Positions 7,585 to 15,485 of a stretch of DNA of 51,643 nt are shown piece by piece. The translations under genes were made by a program, and so were the position numbers. The stretch lies in contig JAPOGE010000002.1 of assembly GCA_028283345.1 (NCBI GenBank), forward strand, positions 1-51,643. The letters run 5' to 3'. Source of the stretch: Candidatus Poseidoniales archaeon (GTDB lineage Archaea; Thermoplasmatota; Poseidoniia; Poseidoniales; Poseidoniaceae). Below the pieces are notes generated by a model. That model was not told where the DNA came from and searched no databases. It saw only the letters and a list, made by a program, of their open reading frames with translations. Each line of letters opens with the position of its first letter. Positions within the stretch are counted from its first letter, which is position 1.

Positions 7585-8490
7585 TTGGATATGCAAGAGC
7601 CAGTCAGGCTCGCCATCGCCTACGGATACTTGGGCGATGCTTTTCACGGTAGTCAATATCAGCCTGAGCACATTACCGCCCAAGGGGTGCTGGAAGAGAT
7701 CATCGCTGAACTCACCTGGGGAGAAGAGCCTGCCGAGGGCCGCCATTCTCTGCGTAATGCGAGCCGGTGTGATGCCGGAGTTCACGTGCGAATGAACGTC
7801 GCGATGCTCGATATCCCGGCTGAACTCTGGGGGAAATTGACCGCCCATAGAATGGTCAACGCAATGAATGACCACCTCCCTTCGACCATCTGGGTATGGG
7901 GGGTGGTGCAGGCCCCGGCGGATTGGAATCCACGTCACCCGATTCGGCGCACCTATCGTTTTCGTCTCGAAGGTTGTGAGTACTGGCCGGGAATCGAGGT
8001 CGAGCAGTTAGTGGAGTGGTTGGAGTTTTTCCTCGGCACCCACGACTATGCCAGTTTCTCAAGGCCTGAGGGCAAGGCCAACACGGTGCGAACGGTCGAG
8101 AGCATCAAACCTTGGCTTGATGGAGAGCACATCATCGGTTTTGAGATCAGTGCACCCTCCTTCGTCTGGAATCAAGTTAGGCGAATCGCTTCGGCAATTG
8201 AATTTCTTGCCCGAGGTAAGACCACCGTCGAGGAGGTGATTCAGACCCTCGATAATCCCGGAGATTTTGTCGACCTGGGTTTATCCGAGCCCGAATGGCT
8301 GATTCTATGGGAATTGGAATACCCTGAATTCTCGTTCCAACTCGCCGGTGATGAGACCGGGGTATTCAGTCGGCGAGATTTTTCGGCATCATTTCGAGAA
8401 CAACAACATTGGTGCGCGGTAGCCAAGAGTGAGATGCGCACCTTGGTTCACCGCCAAGGTCTGGCCTTGAGAATCGCCAATAACTCATGA
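7585..8490 (+). CDS. truA: tRNA pseudouridine synthase A (TruA/Pus1 family)
   Basis: LAIAYGYLGDAFHGSQYQP (the YDGxxFxGxQ-type N-terminus) and the catalytic-Asp motif SRCDAGVHV (cf. RTDAGVHA). The start is TTG 7585 or ATG 7591. Confidence 0.8.
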   Translation: MDMQEPVRLAIAYGYLGDAFHGSQYQPEHITAQGVLEEIIAELTWGEEPAEGRHSLRNASRCDAGVHVRMNVAMLDIPAELWGKLTAHRMVNAMNDHLPSTIWVWGVVQAPADWNPRHPIRRTYRFRLEGCEYWPGIEVEQLVEWLEFFLGTHDYASFSRPEGKANTVRTVESIKPWLDGEHIIGFEISAPSFVWNQVRRIASAIEFLARGKTTVEEVIQTLDNPGDFVDLGLSEPEWLILWELEYPEFSFQLAGDETGVFSRRDFSASFREQQHWCAVAKSEMRTLVHRQGLALRIANNS

Positions 8491-8964
8491 AATAATCTCG
8501 ATGTGGGCGTGGTCACCATCGCTCAGGTTCAATCCCTCACGCAGAAACATTCCGCTGATAACCTCGACCACGTCGGTATGGCGGGTCAAATCGGGAATCA
8601 ATACCGCGCAATCCACCTTTTCATCTGCGGTACTGATGGTTGCGTGAAATGCGGTTGCCCCCCCGAATGAGACACCATCTCGGAGAAACCCACGGATGCG
8701 GTGGCTGGTGAAATGCTGTAAATCGATTTCAGCGGCATTTTCCAGCACCGTCTTATCAAGGTCAGGGGTATCGACGCCGGCCAGAGTACGCAGGGCAACG
8801 TATTGAATTAATTCCTCTCCACTGACGGTTATATTGAGGGTCCCAGGCCACGCGGTGGTTCCCAAAATCGCCTTGAACTGCTCTTGATAATGCCCTTGCG
8901 CCATGAATATATGCGCCCGGCCAAGACCACTGCTCACACATCCCTCGATTCTCAAGAAACCCAA
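8485..8964 (-). CDS. ribK: CTP-dependent riboflavin kinase, archaeal type
   Basis: IEGCVSSGLGRAHIFMAQGHYQEQFKAILGTTAWPGTLNI is collinear with the MJ0056-type RibK N-terminus (GxVxSGxGxG...Y...F...LG..P.PGTLN). The C-terminal part (...AVLIPDLTRHTDVVEVIS...LNLSDGD) also matches. The stop overlaps the truA stop (TCATGA). Confidence 0.8.
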   Translation of the reverse strand: MGFLRIEGCVSSGLGRAHIFMAQGHYQEQFKAILGTTAWPGTLNITVSGEELIQYVALRTLAGVDTPDLDKTVLENAAEIDLQHFTSHRIRGFLRDGVSFGGATAFHATISTADEKVDCAVLIPDLTRHTDVVEVISGMFLREGLNLSDGDHAHIEIIS

Positions 8965-8996
8965 TCCCCCTGTGATGATGGCGATTTACGCCATCT

Positions 8997-9914
8997 TCAT
9001 GATGATTGGGGCGTCGAACTCAGGTCGAAAACCATCCCCTCAACGCCGATTTCCCAGCCCATCGACACAACCGCTTTCGCCGCTTCGGATTCAGAATCGT
9101 GTAGAGGATTTGTATGATTCAAATGAATGAAAATAACCCTCGGGTCACCATCTCGGCGCGATCCGAGTCGCGCCATGGTTTCCTCGACCGTTGGGTGTGG
9201 CACCTCTTCCTGCTGGCGGAGTGAAAGTTCATCACTCGACCAGAAGGTACCGTCGAGCAGGGCGATGTCGACCTCCAGTTCACCCAACCAATCTCTTATC
9301 TCATCACAGCCGACCGCGGCGAGGGTTTCCTGCCAGTAATCATGGTCGGGTAAGAACAACAGATTCGCCTTCGGCCCGGAAATCAGAAAGGCGTGCATAT
9401 CCGATAATTCGGCGCGATGAGGCACCTTGATGGGGGTGATGCTGAAACCGGAATCGGCATATGGCATTATCGGCTTTCCTTTGAGAAAGGGACGCGGCGC
9501 CAGCACCCCTTCACGTATCATCTGCGCCCACGAAGCATTCTTTGTCAACAGCCGTGCAAATGACGCACTGCAATGCAATGGCAGACCCTTGGCAGCTATC
9601 GCTTCGGCGCCGAATAACCCTAGGCCATCGACATGACCTTGGTGGGCATGGGTGATCCACAGACTGGAGAGTGGGCTCTCGGCCGGGTCATGGCGCGACC
9701 AACAGCCGAATTGCCAAGCCAAATCCCTGCTGGCCTCAAACAGGTGGGTCGAGTGGTCAGCACCGACCAGTCCCAGAGATACCGGATGGCGCACCAGAGA
9801 TGGGTCATCGTATGCCGCCGCACAGCAAGACCTGAAGCACCCGGGCTGAGGACGACCACCATCTTGGGCAATTCCGAGCAAGGTCACCTTGACCGCACGC
9901 TCCGACAGAGACAT
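8997..9914 (-). CDS. MBL-fold metallo-hydrolase (PqqB/PhnP-like)
   Basis: VTLLGIAQDGGRPQPGC N-terminus and ITHAHQGHVDG (HxHxxH variant of the metallo-beta-lactamase motif), plus later His/Asp positions (FLPDHD, IHLNHTNP). Confidence 0.6.
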   Translation of the reverse strand: MSLSERAVKVTLLGIAQDGGRPQPGCFRSCCAAAYDDPSLVRHPVSLGLVGADHSTHLFEASRDLAWQFGCWSRHDPAESPLSSLWITHAHQGHVDGLGLFGAEAIAAKGLPLHCSASFARLLTKNASWAQMIREGVLAPRPFLKGKPIMPYADSGFSITPIKVPHRAELSDMHAFLISGPKANLLFLPDHDYWQETLAAVGCDEIRDWLGELEVDIALLDGTFWSSDELSLRQQEEVPHPTVEETMARLGSRRDGDPRVIFIHLNHTNPLHDSESEAAKAVVSMGWEIGVEGMVFDLSSTPQSS

Positions 9915-10035
9915 GGACTTGCCTAGAGGCGATAGGGCATAGAGATGACGACAGAGAAAGAGAATGGGAAAGGGCCAAAGGTCGCAGGGTTATCGCTGTG
10001 CCACGGGTGAGATGATGCCGGGCGACCTTTCGTGG

Positions 10036-11196
10036 ATGAATGAGCGATACGAGCAACTGACGGCACAGAATCTGCAGTGGTTGCCGCCGACCTTGGAATC
10101 GGCTTCAACCCCGAGATGCACCTTTGACGGCAGTGCGATGATAATGCTGTCAGCCAATAACTACCTAAATCTGACCACCCACCCTAAAGTGGTTCAGGCG
10201 ATGGTTACAGCGACGCAGAAATACGGGGCAGGTTCAGGCTCGGTCAGGGCGATTGCCGGCACCATGGAGATACATCTTGAGGCCGAGAAGAAGGTCGCAG
10301 AATTCAAGCGGGTCGAGGCGAGTCTGATTTTTTCGGCCGGTTATACCGCCAATGTCGGGGTGATTCCCACCTTGGTGCGAGGAGCTGATGACGTCATCAT
10401 CTCCGACGAATTGAATCATGGTTCAATCATCGATGGTGTGCGCCTGACCAAGGCGAGCCGGGCGGTATATTCACACAATGACGTCGGTGCCCTCGAGGCG
10501 GTATTGATAGATAATGCCGATAAGGAGCGCAAATTAATCATCACCGATGGAGTCTTCTCGATGGACGGCGATGTCGCGCCATTGAAGGAGATCACCGCCC
10601 TCGCCGCTGAGCATGAGGCGATGGTATTCGTCGATGATTGTCACGGCGAAGGAGTGCTCGGTAAAGGTGGGGCGGGAATCGTCGACCACTTCGAACTTCA
10701 AGGCCAGGTTGACTTTGAAATTGGTTCATTCTCAAAGGCCTTGGGAGTTCAGGGTGGTATGGTCGCGGGAAGCGAACAGATACGCACCCACCTGCTTAAT
10801 CATTCGCGCTCGTGGTTGCTTTCGGGCAGTCAACCCCCAGGGGTTGCGGCGGCACAGAAGGCGGCGATTGAGGTGCTGATGGAGGAACCTCAGCACCATG
10901 AGAAATTGTGGCAGAACACCGAGTTTTTCCGCACCGAGATGCAGAGCCTCGGCTTCGACCTCGGCGCCTCGACCACACCGATTATTCCGGTGATGTGCGG
11001 TGAATCCGCCACCGCCAAAGCCTTGGCGGAAGAGATGAGAAAACTCGGAGTCATGGTAGGAGCAATCGTCTTCCCGATGGTTTCCCGGGATAAGGCCAGG
11101 GTGCGCAATCAACTCTCGGCCGGATTGTCGAGTGAGGATTTGGATGAGGTTCTACGCGCCTATGAGACCGCTGGCAAGGCGGTCAATCTCATCTGA
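10036..11196 (+). CDS. kbl: 2-amino-3-ketobutyrate CoA ligase / glycine C-acetyltransferase (alpha-oxoamine synthase family)
   Basis: LSANNYLNL, SDELNHGSIIDG, VFSMDGDVAPL, VFVDDCHGEGVLG and the PLP-Lys motif GSFSKALG. I prefer ATG 10036 (MNERYEQL) by length comparison with Kbl. The track ORF starts at 9964. The Kbl versus BioF assignment is uncertain. Confidence 0.75.
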   Translation: MNERYEQLTAQNLQWLPPTLESASTPRCTFDGSAMIMLSANNYLNLTTHPKVVQAMVTATQKYGAGSGSVRAIAGTMEIHLEAEKKVAEFKRVEASLIFSAGYTANVGVIPTLVRGADDVIISDELNHGSIIDGVRLTKASRAVYSHNDVGALEAVLIDNADKERKLIITDGVFSMDGDVAPLKEITALAAEHEAMVFVDDCHGEGVLGKGGAGIVDHFELQGQVDFEIGSFSKALGVQGGMVAGSEQIRTHLLNHSRSWLLSGSQPPGVAAAQKAAIEVLMEEPQHHEKLWQNTEFFRTEMQSLGFDLGASTTPIIPVMCGESATAKALAEEMRKLGVMVGAIVFPMVSRDKARVRNQLSAGLSSEDLDEVLRAYETAGKAVNLI

Positions 11197-11390
11197 CTAA
11201 GCCCTCCTACGACGAGGGTGACCGGGCGGATGAATTCGCATCGCATGTCTACCGGCACGAGCCCTTTGCATTGAAACGTGTTTATCGGGTCTCGTACCTC
11301 AGGGTCATCAAATTCTACCGTACTTCGCACTTCCATCGCCACTACATGGCTCAGTCCAGTGCTCACTGCCCGAGAGGGTAGCGAGTTTAG

Positions 11391-11560
11391 CACCCACCAT
11401 CACCAGCGACTCGGTTTAGTAAGAATGCCACCACTAGGTGGGGACGAGGGCAAAGTGAAGAAAATCGAGTCTAGACAGAAAATGCGATGGTGATTATGCT
11501 CGAATCACGACTTGATGAGCGTCTTGCCCGAGCCCCCTACAGGGCAACGCGTAAATTCAT
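11391..11560 (+). repeat. Extragenic repeat family, degenerate copy D
   Basis: GAAAATCGAGTCTAGACAGAAAATGCGATGG...GCTCGAATCACGACTTGATGAGCGTCTTG is about 80% identical to the middle of copy A. The hairpin position is occupied by different arms, CCCACC (11393-11398) and GGTGGG (11437-11442), with a TAAGAAT loop remnant. Confidence 0.4.
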
Positions 11561-11720
11561 CGAAACCCAAGGCTAACCTTTCCCCTCCAAGGCCGAGCCT
11601 GAAGGCGATTCCCAGTAACCTTAGTTTGTGCCGGAGTCATAAAATGGGCAATTTGGTGCCCGGTCGACTCGGGGGAGGGAGTCAAGACCAGAATTGCTTC
11701 TTTTGGACTCGATGAAAGAG

Positions 11721-12353
11721 TTATTCCTCTTCGGAAGAAGTTTCGGTATTGTCGTTTGCAACTGAATCGACTGCACCGAGCACATCCCGATCACTATCAA
11801 CGACATCTTCGCCTTCGTGCTCATCGGTTTCATAATCTGCAAATGGATTCCCCCCGGCCTCGAATAAGGACATCAATCGCCAGCGTGGAGCCCAGGTGAG
11901 ATGGACGTACAAAGGCCCGGGAAGGAGCAGAAGTATCCATGGGCCAGAAGATGACAAGGTCAGCAGGTCGGTCAGTTCAAGGGTCATCCAAAAAACTCCG
12001 ACAAAGGGTGTGATGAAGACGACTTTACGCGGCACCTCGATCGGTGGGCGGCGAAAAATCCCGCTCATGCAACGTGAAACCAAACCGAGAAGTGAGGTGG
12101 TGAAAATTAGCAACAGAGCGGTGAAAACCCACGTCATCCACCATGAATTAGCCTCCCAATCGGTCTTGTAGCCAATCGGGAAAATCAGCGCTATCGCCAC
12201 TAATAATCCATAGAATCCACCTATGTAGGCGGGGTGATTTGCCCACAACGGTAATTTCGAAAATCTCTGTGATAGGGTTCCACCCGACAACTTTTCTCGC
12301 TGGGTCACGGGCAGTTCTTTCAGGCGTTCACGCCACTTCTCTCCCGTCGACAC
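11721..12353 (-). CDS. Hypothetical membrane protein with acidic C-terminal tail
   Basis: 210 aa, about four hydrophobic segments and a D/E-rich tail. No recognised motif. Confidence 0.5.
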   Translation of the reverse strand: MSTGEKWRERLKELPVTQREKLSGGTLSQRFSKLPLWANHPAYIGGFYGLLVAIALIFPIGYKTDWEANSWWMTWVFTALLLIFTTSLLGLVSRCMSGIFRRPPIEVPRKVVFITPFVGVFWMTLELTDLLTLSSSGPWILLLLPGPLYVHLTWAPRWRLMSLFEAGGNPFADYETDEHEGEDVVDSDRDVLGAVDSVANDNTETSSEEE

Positions 12354-12412
12354 CGAAACCTTGGGGGATAATGCGGGTCTTATTGCTTGGGGAGGGTACG
12401 ATGACCTGAAGT

Positions 12413-13321
12413 CTAGTCTTCTGGGTCACTGAGCGGGGTCACATCGACATCCCTCGCCTGAGAACGGGTACGCAGAGCCTCGCGCAACCCGCCGCTGAGA
12501 AGGTCGTCTTGGCTCAATATCCCGGGGGTGGTCTTTTCCCATTCCCTCTCAAGTAAGCTGCTGTCACTCTCCTCACGCCCTCTCGCATCTCCAAAGGCAT
12601 CCACGGAGGTACCTCCATTGACGATTTGCGCCTGCATCATCGCCAGATTTATCAACTGTGAAAACCACTGCATGCGACTTATCCTTACTCCGACGACTTC
12701 CCCCCACCTCGTGCAATCGTCGTCACCGGCGACCAACACCCAATTGATGGAGAGCGGATTACGGGCGATTCGCACCGGTACCTCTCCGGGGTTGAACCAC
12801 CCCTTTTCGGGAGTCCACAGCATTACTTCGGCTCTGTCGACCGCCTCGGACGGCCCGACTACTTCAGCTGCACCCAGCTTTCCGAATGCTTTCAATTGCA
12901 TCGTATTTTCTTCGGTTTCGGCGGAATTGTCGGAGTCAGCATTGTCGGAGTGGCCGGAAGGGGCATCCAATCCGGCATCAGCGATTCCTTCAGAGACCGT
13001 AGCCTCCCCCTTGGCTGATGTCTTGAGCGGATCGAGACCGTCAGGGTTCTCATCGGCCCACGGATGAAATTGATTGACCGCCAAAGGTAGCGAAAAGAGA
13101 GATGATGAATCCTTGAAAAAGACGAAATAGATGAATATGACAAAAAACAGTGCGAATAAAAGGGCGAACACTGCCCCTAGCAGTGTTGAAACAATCAATT
13201 CAACTACGCCAAAAGAGAAAAGAAAAATTCCCACCAGATAAATCGCTTTCCGCTTGGCTATCGACCGGCCATGCACGGTCTGGTCAAAGCGGATAAATCC
13301 CGAAGGTGGCGACCCTTCCAT
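12413..13321 (-). CDS. Hypothetical membrane-anchored protein
   Basis: 302 aa with two N-terminal TM helices (LVGIFLFSFGVVELIV, FALLFALFFVIFIYFVFF) and an acidic linker, then a soluble domain of unknown family. Confidence 0.5.
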   Translation of the reverse strand: MEGSPPSGFIRFDQTVHGRSIAKRKAIYLVGIFLFSFGVVELIVSTLLGAVFALLFALFFVIFIYFVFFKDSSSLFSLPLAVNQFHPWADENPDGLDPLKTSAKGEATVSEGIADAGLDAPSGHSDNADSDNSAETEENTMQLKAFGKLGAAEVVGPSEAVDRAEVMLWTPEKGWFNPGEVPVRIARNPLSINWVLVAGDDDCTRWGEVVGVRISRMQWFSQLINLAMMQAQIVNGGTSVDAFGDARGREESDSSLLEREWEKTTPGILSQDDLLSGGLREALRTRSQARDVDVTPLSDPED

Positions 13322-13379
13322 AGTAGGCTCACCCCAGCCAAGACCTTGAAACCTCGCCAGTACATTTTTCGGCGATTTT

Positions 13380-13407
13380 CCTATTTCATGGAAATAGGCG
13401 TATAATA
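13380..13407 (+). promoter_or_regulatory. Inverted repeat (CCTATTTC-atg-GAAATAGG) abutting a TATAATA box, upstream of the 13473 operon
   Basis: An 8+8 bp perfect inverted repeat lies at 13380-13398. TATAATA at 13401-13407 follows 2 nt later. A G-rich SD-like GGGGTGGGGTG lies just before ATG 13473. Confidence 0.35.
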
Positions 13408-13472
13408 CCCATTCTCATACATCACGTTCAAATGCGGAAGAGTTCAAACTGAACTAACTGGGGTGGGGTGTC

Positions 13473-15485
13473 ATGGCGGAACTGCCACGTGGGTCAATGC
13501 TTGAGACGCGCCGCGGCGGCCCCGATGTCCTGCGCACCTTGATCAAGGATTTTTTCTCGGAATCTCAAAGTGGCTATATCCGGATTGAGAGGATTCCCAA
13601 AGAACGTCTGCCCCGTATCGGCCAGATCATCATCAGCAATGGTGAGCCATTGTCGGCAATCCATGAGCAGGAGGCAATCCACCTCGGAGTTGATGCGCTA
13701 ATCGAAATCGAAGAGGATGCGATGCATATCGATGCCATTCTCACCATCATCGGCGAGGTCGACATCGCCCATATCGATAGCCAATTCCCCGATGCCCGAT
13801 TGAATATAGAAATGGTTTGGTCAGGAGATTTTCCGGAAGGTGTAGGTGATAGGTGGTGGTTGGAGCGAGAGGTTCGCGAGGCTACGTGGTCGAAAGCCAA
13901 CGAACACATTCTTGCCGAATACGATAACGTGGTCGAAGCGCCGGAATTCATCCAAAGGGCTGCGGCGGTACGACGGGCGAAGATGAAGGGGGAATTATGC
14001 GGTGAACTTACCCCCGGTCAAGTGTTACTTCTCGATGCCAGAGATAATCACAACTCGTTCAGACTTGCGGCCGAACTGGCCTTGCTAGGCCGTCCGGTCT
14101 TGGTGCTGTCGCGACTTCCGAAAGAGCGCTTGGTGGTAGAATTCGGTCTGCCCAGTAATTCCTGCTGGTGGCTGACCGAGCGCCCAGGTGGTATCGATCA
14201 GGCCTGTGGCGCCAGATTGGAGGACATCACTCGTACCATCACCGACTTTCTGTGGGGAAACCTGCGCGCCATAGTGGTTCTCGACGGATTGGAATTCCTC
14301 GCCAGTGTGCACGGGGTTGAGAGAACCTTTGGCTTCTTGCGTCGTCTTGCCGACACCTTCCACGACAGTGATGATGCATTGATGCTTCCGGTCGACCTGC
14401 TGGCGTGGGAGGAAAAAGAACGCCACCTCTTGACTCGAGAGGCCGAGACCGTCGGTAGTGCCCAGGTGGCATTCTGGCTCGAAGATAGTGATGCTTTGGC
14501 CACCCACCCGCTCTGTGCTCCTCCCAGCGATGAGGAGGTGGCGTGGATTGAAGCCGCACTTAAAACCGCAGAGAACGTACGTCAAGCGGCGCAACCAGAT
14601 TCTACGAGCGAAGTGGTAATCGGCGCGGCAAATCGCTTCTCAGCCGGTGATTTCGCGCAAGAATGGCTGCGAGAAGAGGCACCGGTGAACGAGGTGGCAT
14701 CGTCGGATAGTGATGATGAGGACTGGGTGCCAACTTTCCATTCGGCGCAAAGTGGAGAAAGTATTACCGCCGAGGTCCTGGCCACACTCGATGCCGAAGA
14801 AGAGGAAAGGAAAGATGATTTGACCACCATGGGTGACGATGTCGAGGAAGCCGCTCCATCTCAACCGCGCCGCCCGCATCGGTTGGGCAAGCGAAGAGAG
14901 ATTCGTGCAACTGCTACCCAAGAACTCGCCGGCCATGAGCACCGACGTAATGAATTGAGCGCGGCGGCAGAATCTGCTGGCAAGGTTGATGAGACCACCC
15001 TGGAAAGGAAATCTTCACTTCTCGACAACCGTCTGGCTAAGGCCAAGCAGACTTTGGAAGCGATAAGTGTTGCCAGTTCCCAGGCCAGCCAGAGAATAGA
15101 TGGTGCAACTCTCCCGGTTTCAAGTGAAGATGTCGAGCGAGTAAGATATCTCAGTGAGTGGCATCAGGCTGTCGTCGCCGGTAAAGGCAATCGATTCGCC
15201 ATGTTGCCAGAACCGGAAGACGCCCCGAACACTTGGAGCGCGGCGGCGGAAAATGTCCGCCACCCTCTGCACGCAGATGAGGTGGCCAGTGCCGCCGCCA
15301 TCAGCCCCCTCATCTCGCGGCCGGGCGTCGAGGTTGAGATAAGCGACAAGGGGCGAGCCTCGGCTCAGCGTGACCAGAAGGATATGTCGATGGCTGCCGT
15401 CACCCGGAGAATTGCCAGCGCCGATGAAGAACGTTTCACCACCGGAAAAATTGTCACCAACCTTGGAGAATTAGAGGGAGCATGA
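13473..15485 (+). CDS. DUF4388-like + DUF835-like domain protein with long acidic C-terminal region
   Basis: The N-terminus SGYIRIE...IGQIIISNGEPLSAIHEQEAIHLGVDAL fits the DUF4388 pattern. The core VLVLSRLPKERL...NSCWWLTERPG...AIVVLDGLEFLASVHG...LMLPVDLLAWEEKERHLLTREAE fits the archaeal DUF835 pattern (isR.P, WLT, LDGLEYL, closing E-rich helix). Both assignments are from memory of family consensus. Confidence 0.65.
   Translation: MAELPRGSMLETRRGGPDVLRTLIKDFFSESQSGYIRIERIPKERLPRIGQIIISNGEPLSAIHEQEAIHLGVDALIEIEEDAMHIDAILTIIGEVDIAHIDSQFPDARLNIEMVWSGDFPEGVGDRWWLEREVREATWSKANEHILAEYDNVVEAPEFIQRAAAVRRAKMKGELCGELTPGQVLLLDARDNHNSFRLAAELALLGRPVLVLSRLPKERLVVEFGLPSNSCWWLTERPGGIDQACGARLEDITRTITDFLWGNLRAIVVLDGLEFLASVHGVERTFGFLRRLADTFHDSDDALMLPVDLLAWEEKERHLLTREAETVGSAQVAFWLEDSDALATHPLCAPPSDEEVAWIEAALKTAENVRQAAQPDSTSEVVIGAANRFSAGDFAQEWLREEAPVNEVASSDSDDEDWVPTFHSAQSGESITAEVLATLDAEEEERKDDLTTMGDDVEEAAPSQPRRPHRLGKRREIRATATQELAGHEHRRNELSAAAESAGKVDETTLERKSSLLDNRLAKAKQTLEAISVASSQASQRIDGATLPVSSEDVERVRYLSEWHQAVVAGKGNRFAMLPEPEDAPNTWSAAAENVRHPLHADEVASAAAISPLISRPGVEVEISDKGRASAQRDQKDMSMAAVTRRIASADEERFTTGKIVTNLGELEGA

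Noticed and set aside
11197-11720. Long gene-free gap considered as RNase P RNA or SRP RNA (GAGGGCAAAGTGAAG and ACAGAAAATGCG vaguely resemble RNase P CR-I/CR-V; GCCTGAAGGCGATTCCC vaguely resembles SRP helix 8).
   Set aside because: The matches are short and imperfect. The best-matching segment is part of the multi-copy repeat (shared with copy A), which a single-copy essential RNA would not be.
13425-13465. GTTCAAA(T/C) sequences (two copies) considered as tRNA T-loops.
   Set aside because: There are no flanking complementary T-stem arms, no acceptor stem and no anticodon arm. I found no convincing tRNA anywhere in the window by eye.
14085-14594. Minus-strand ORFs inside the DUF835 and DnaA-like genes (14085..14594, 15454..16020, 16688..17110, 17292..17834).
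   Set aside because: All are antisense to ORFs with recognisable domain motifs. They are Arg/Ser/Pro-rich and lack motifs.
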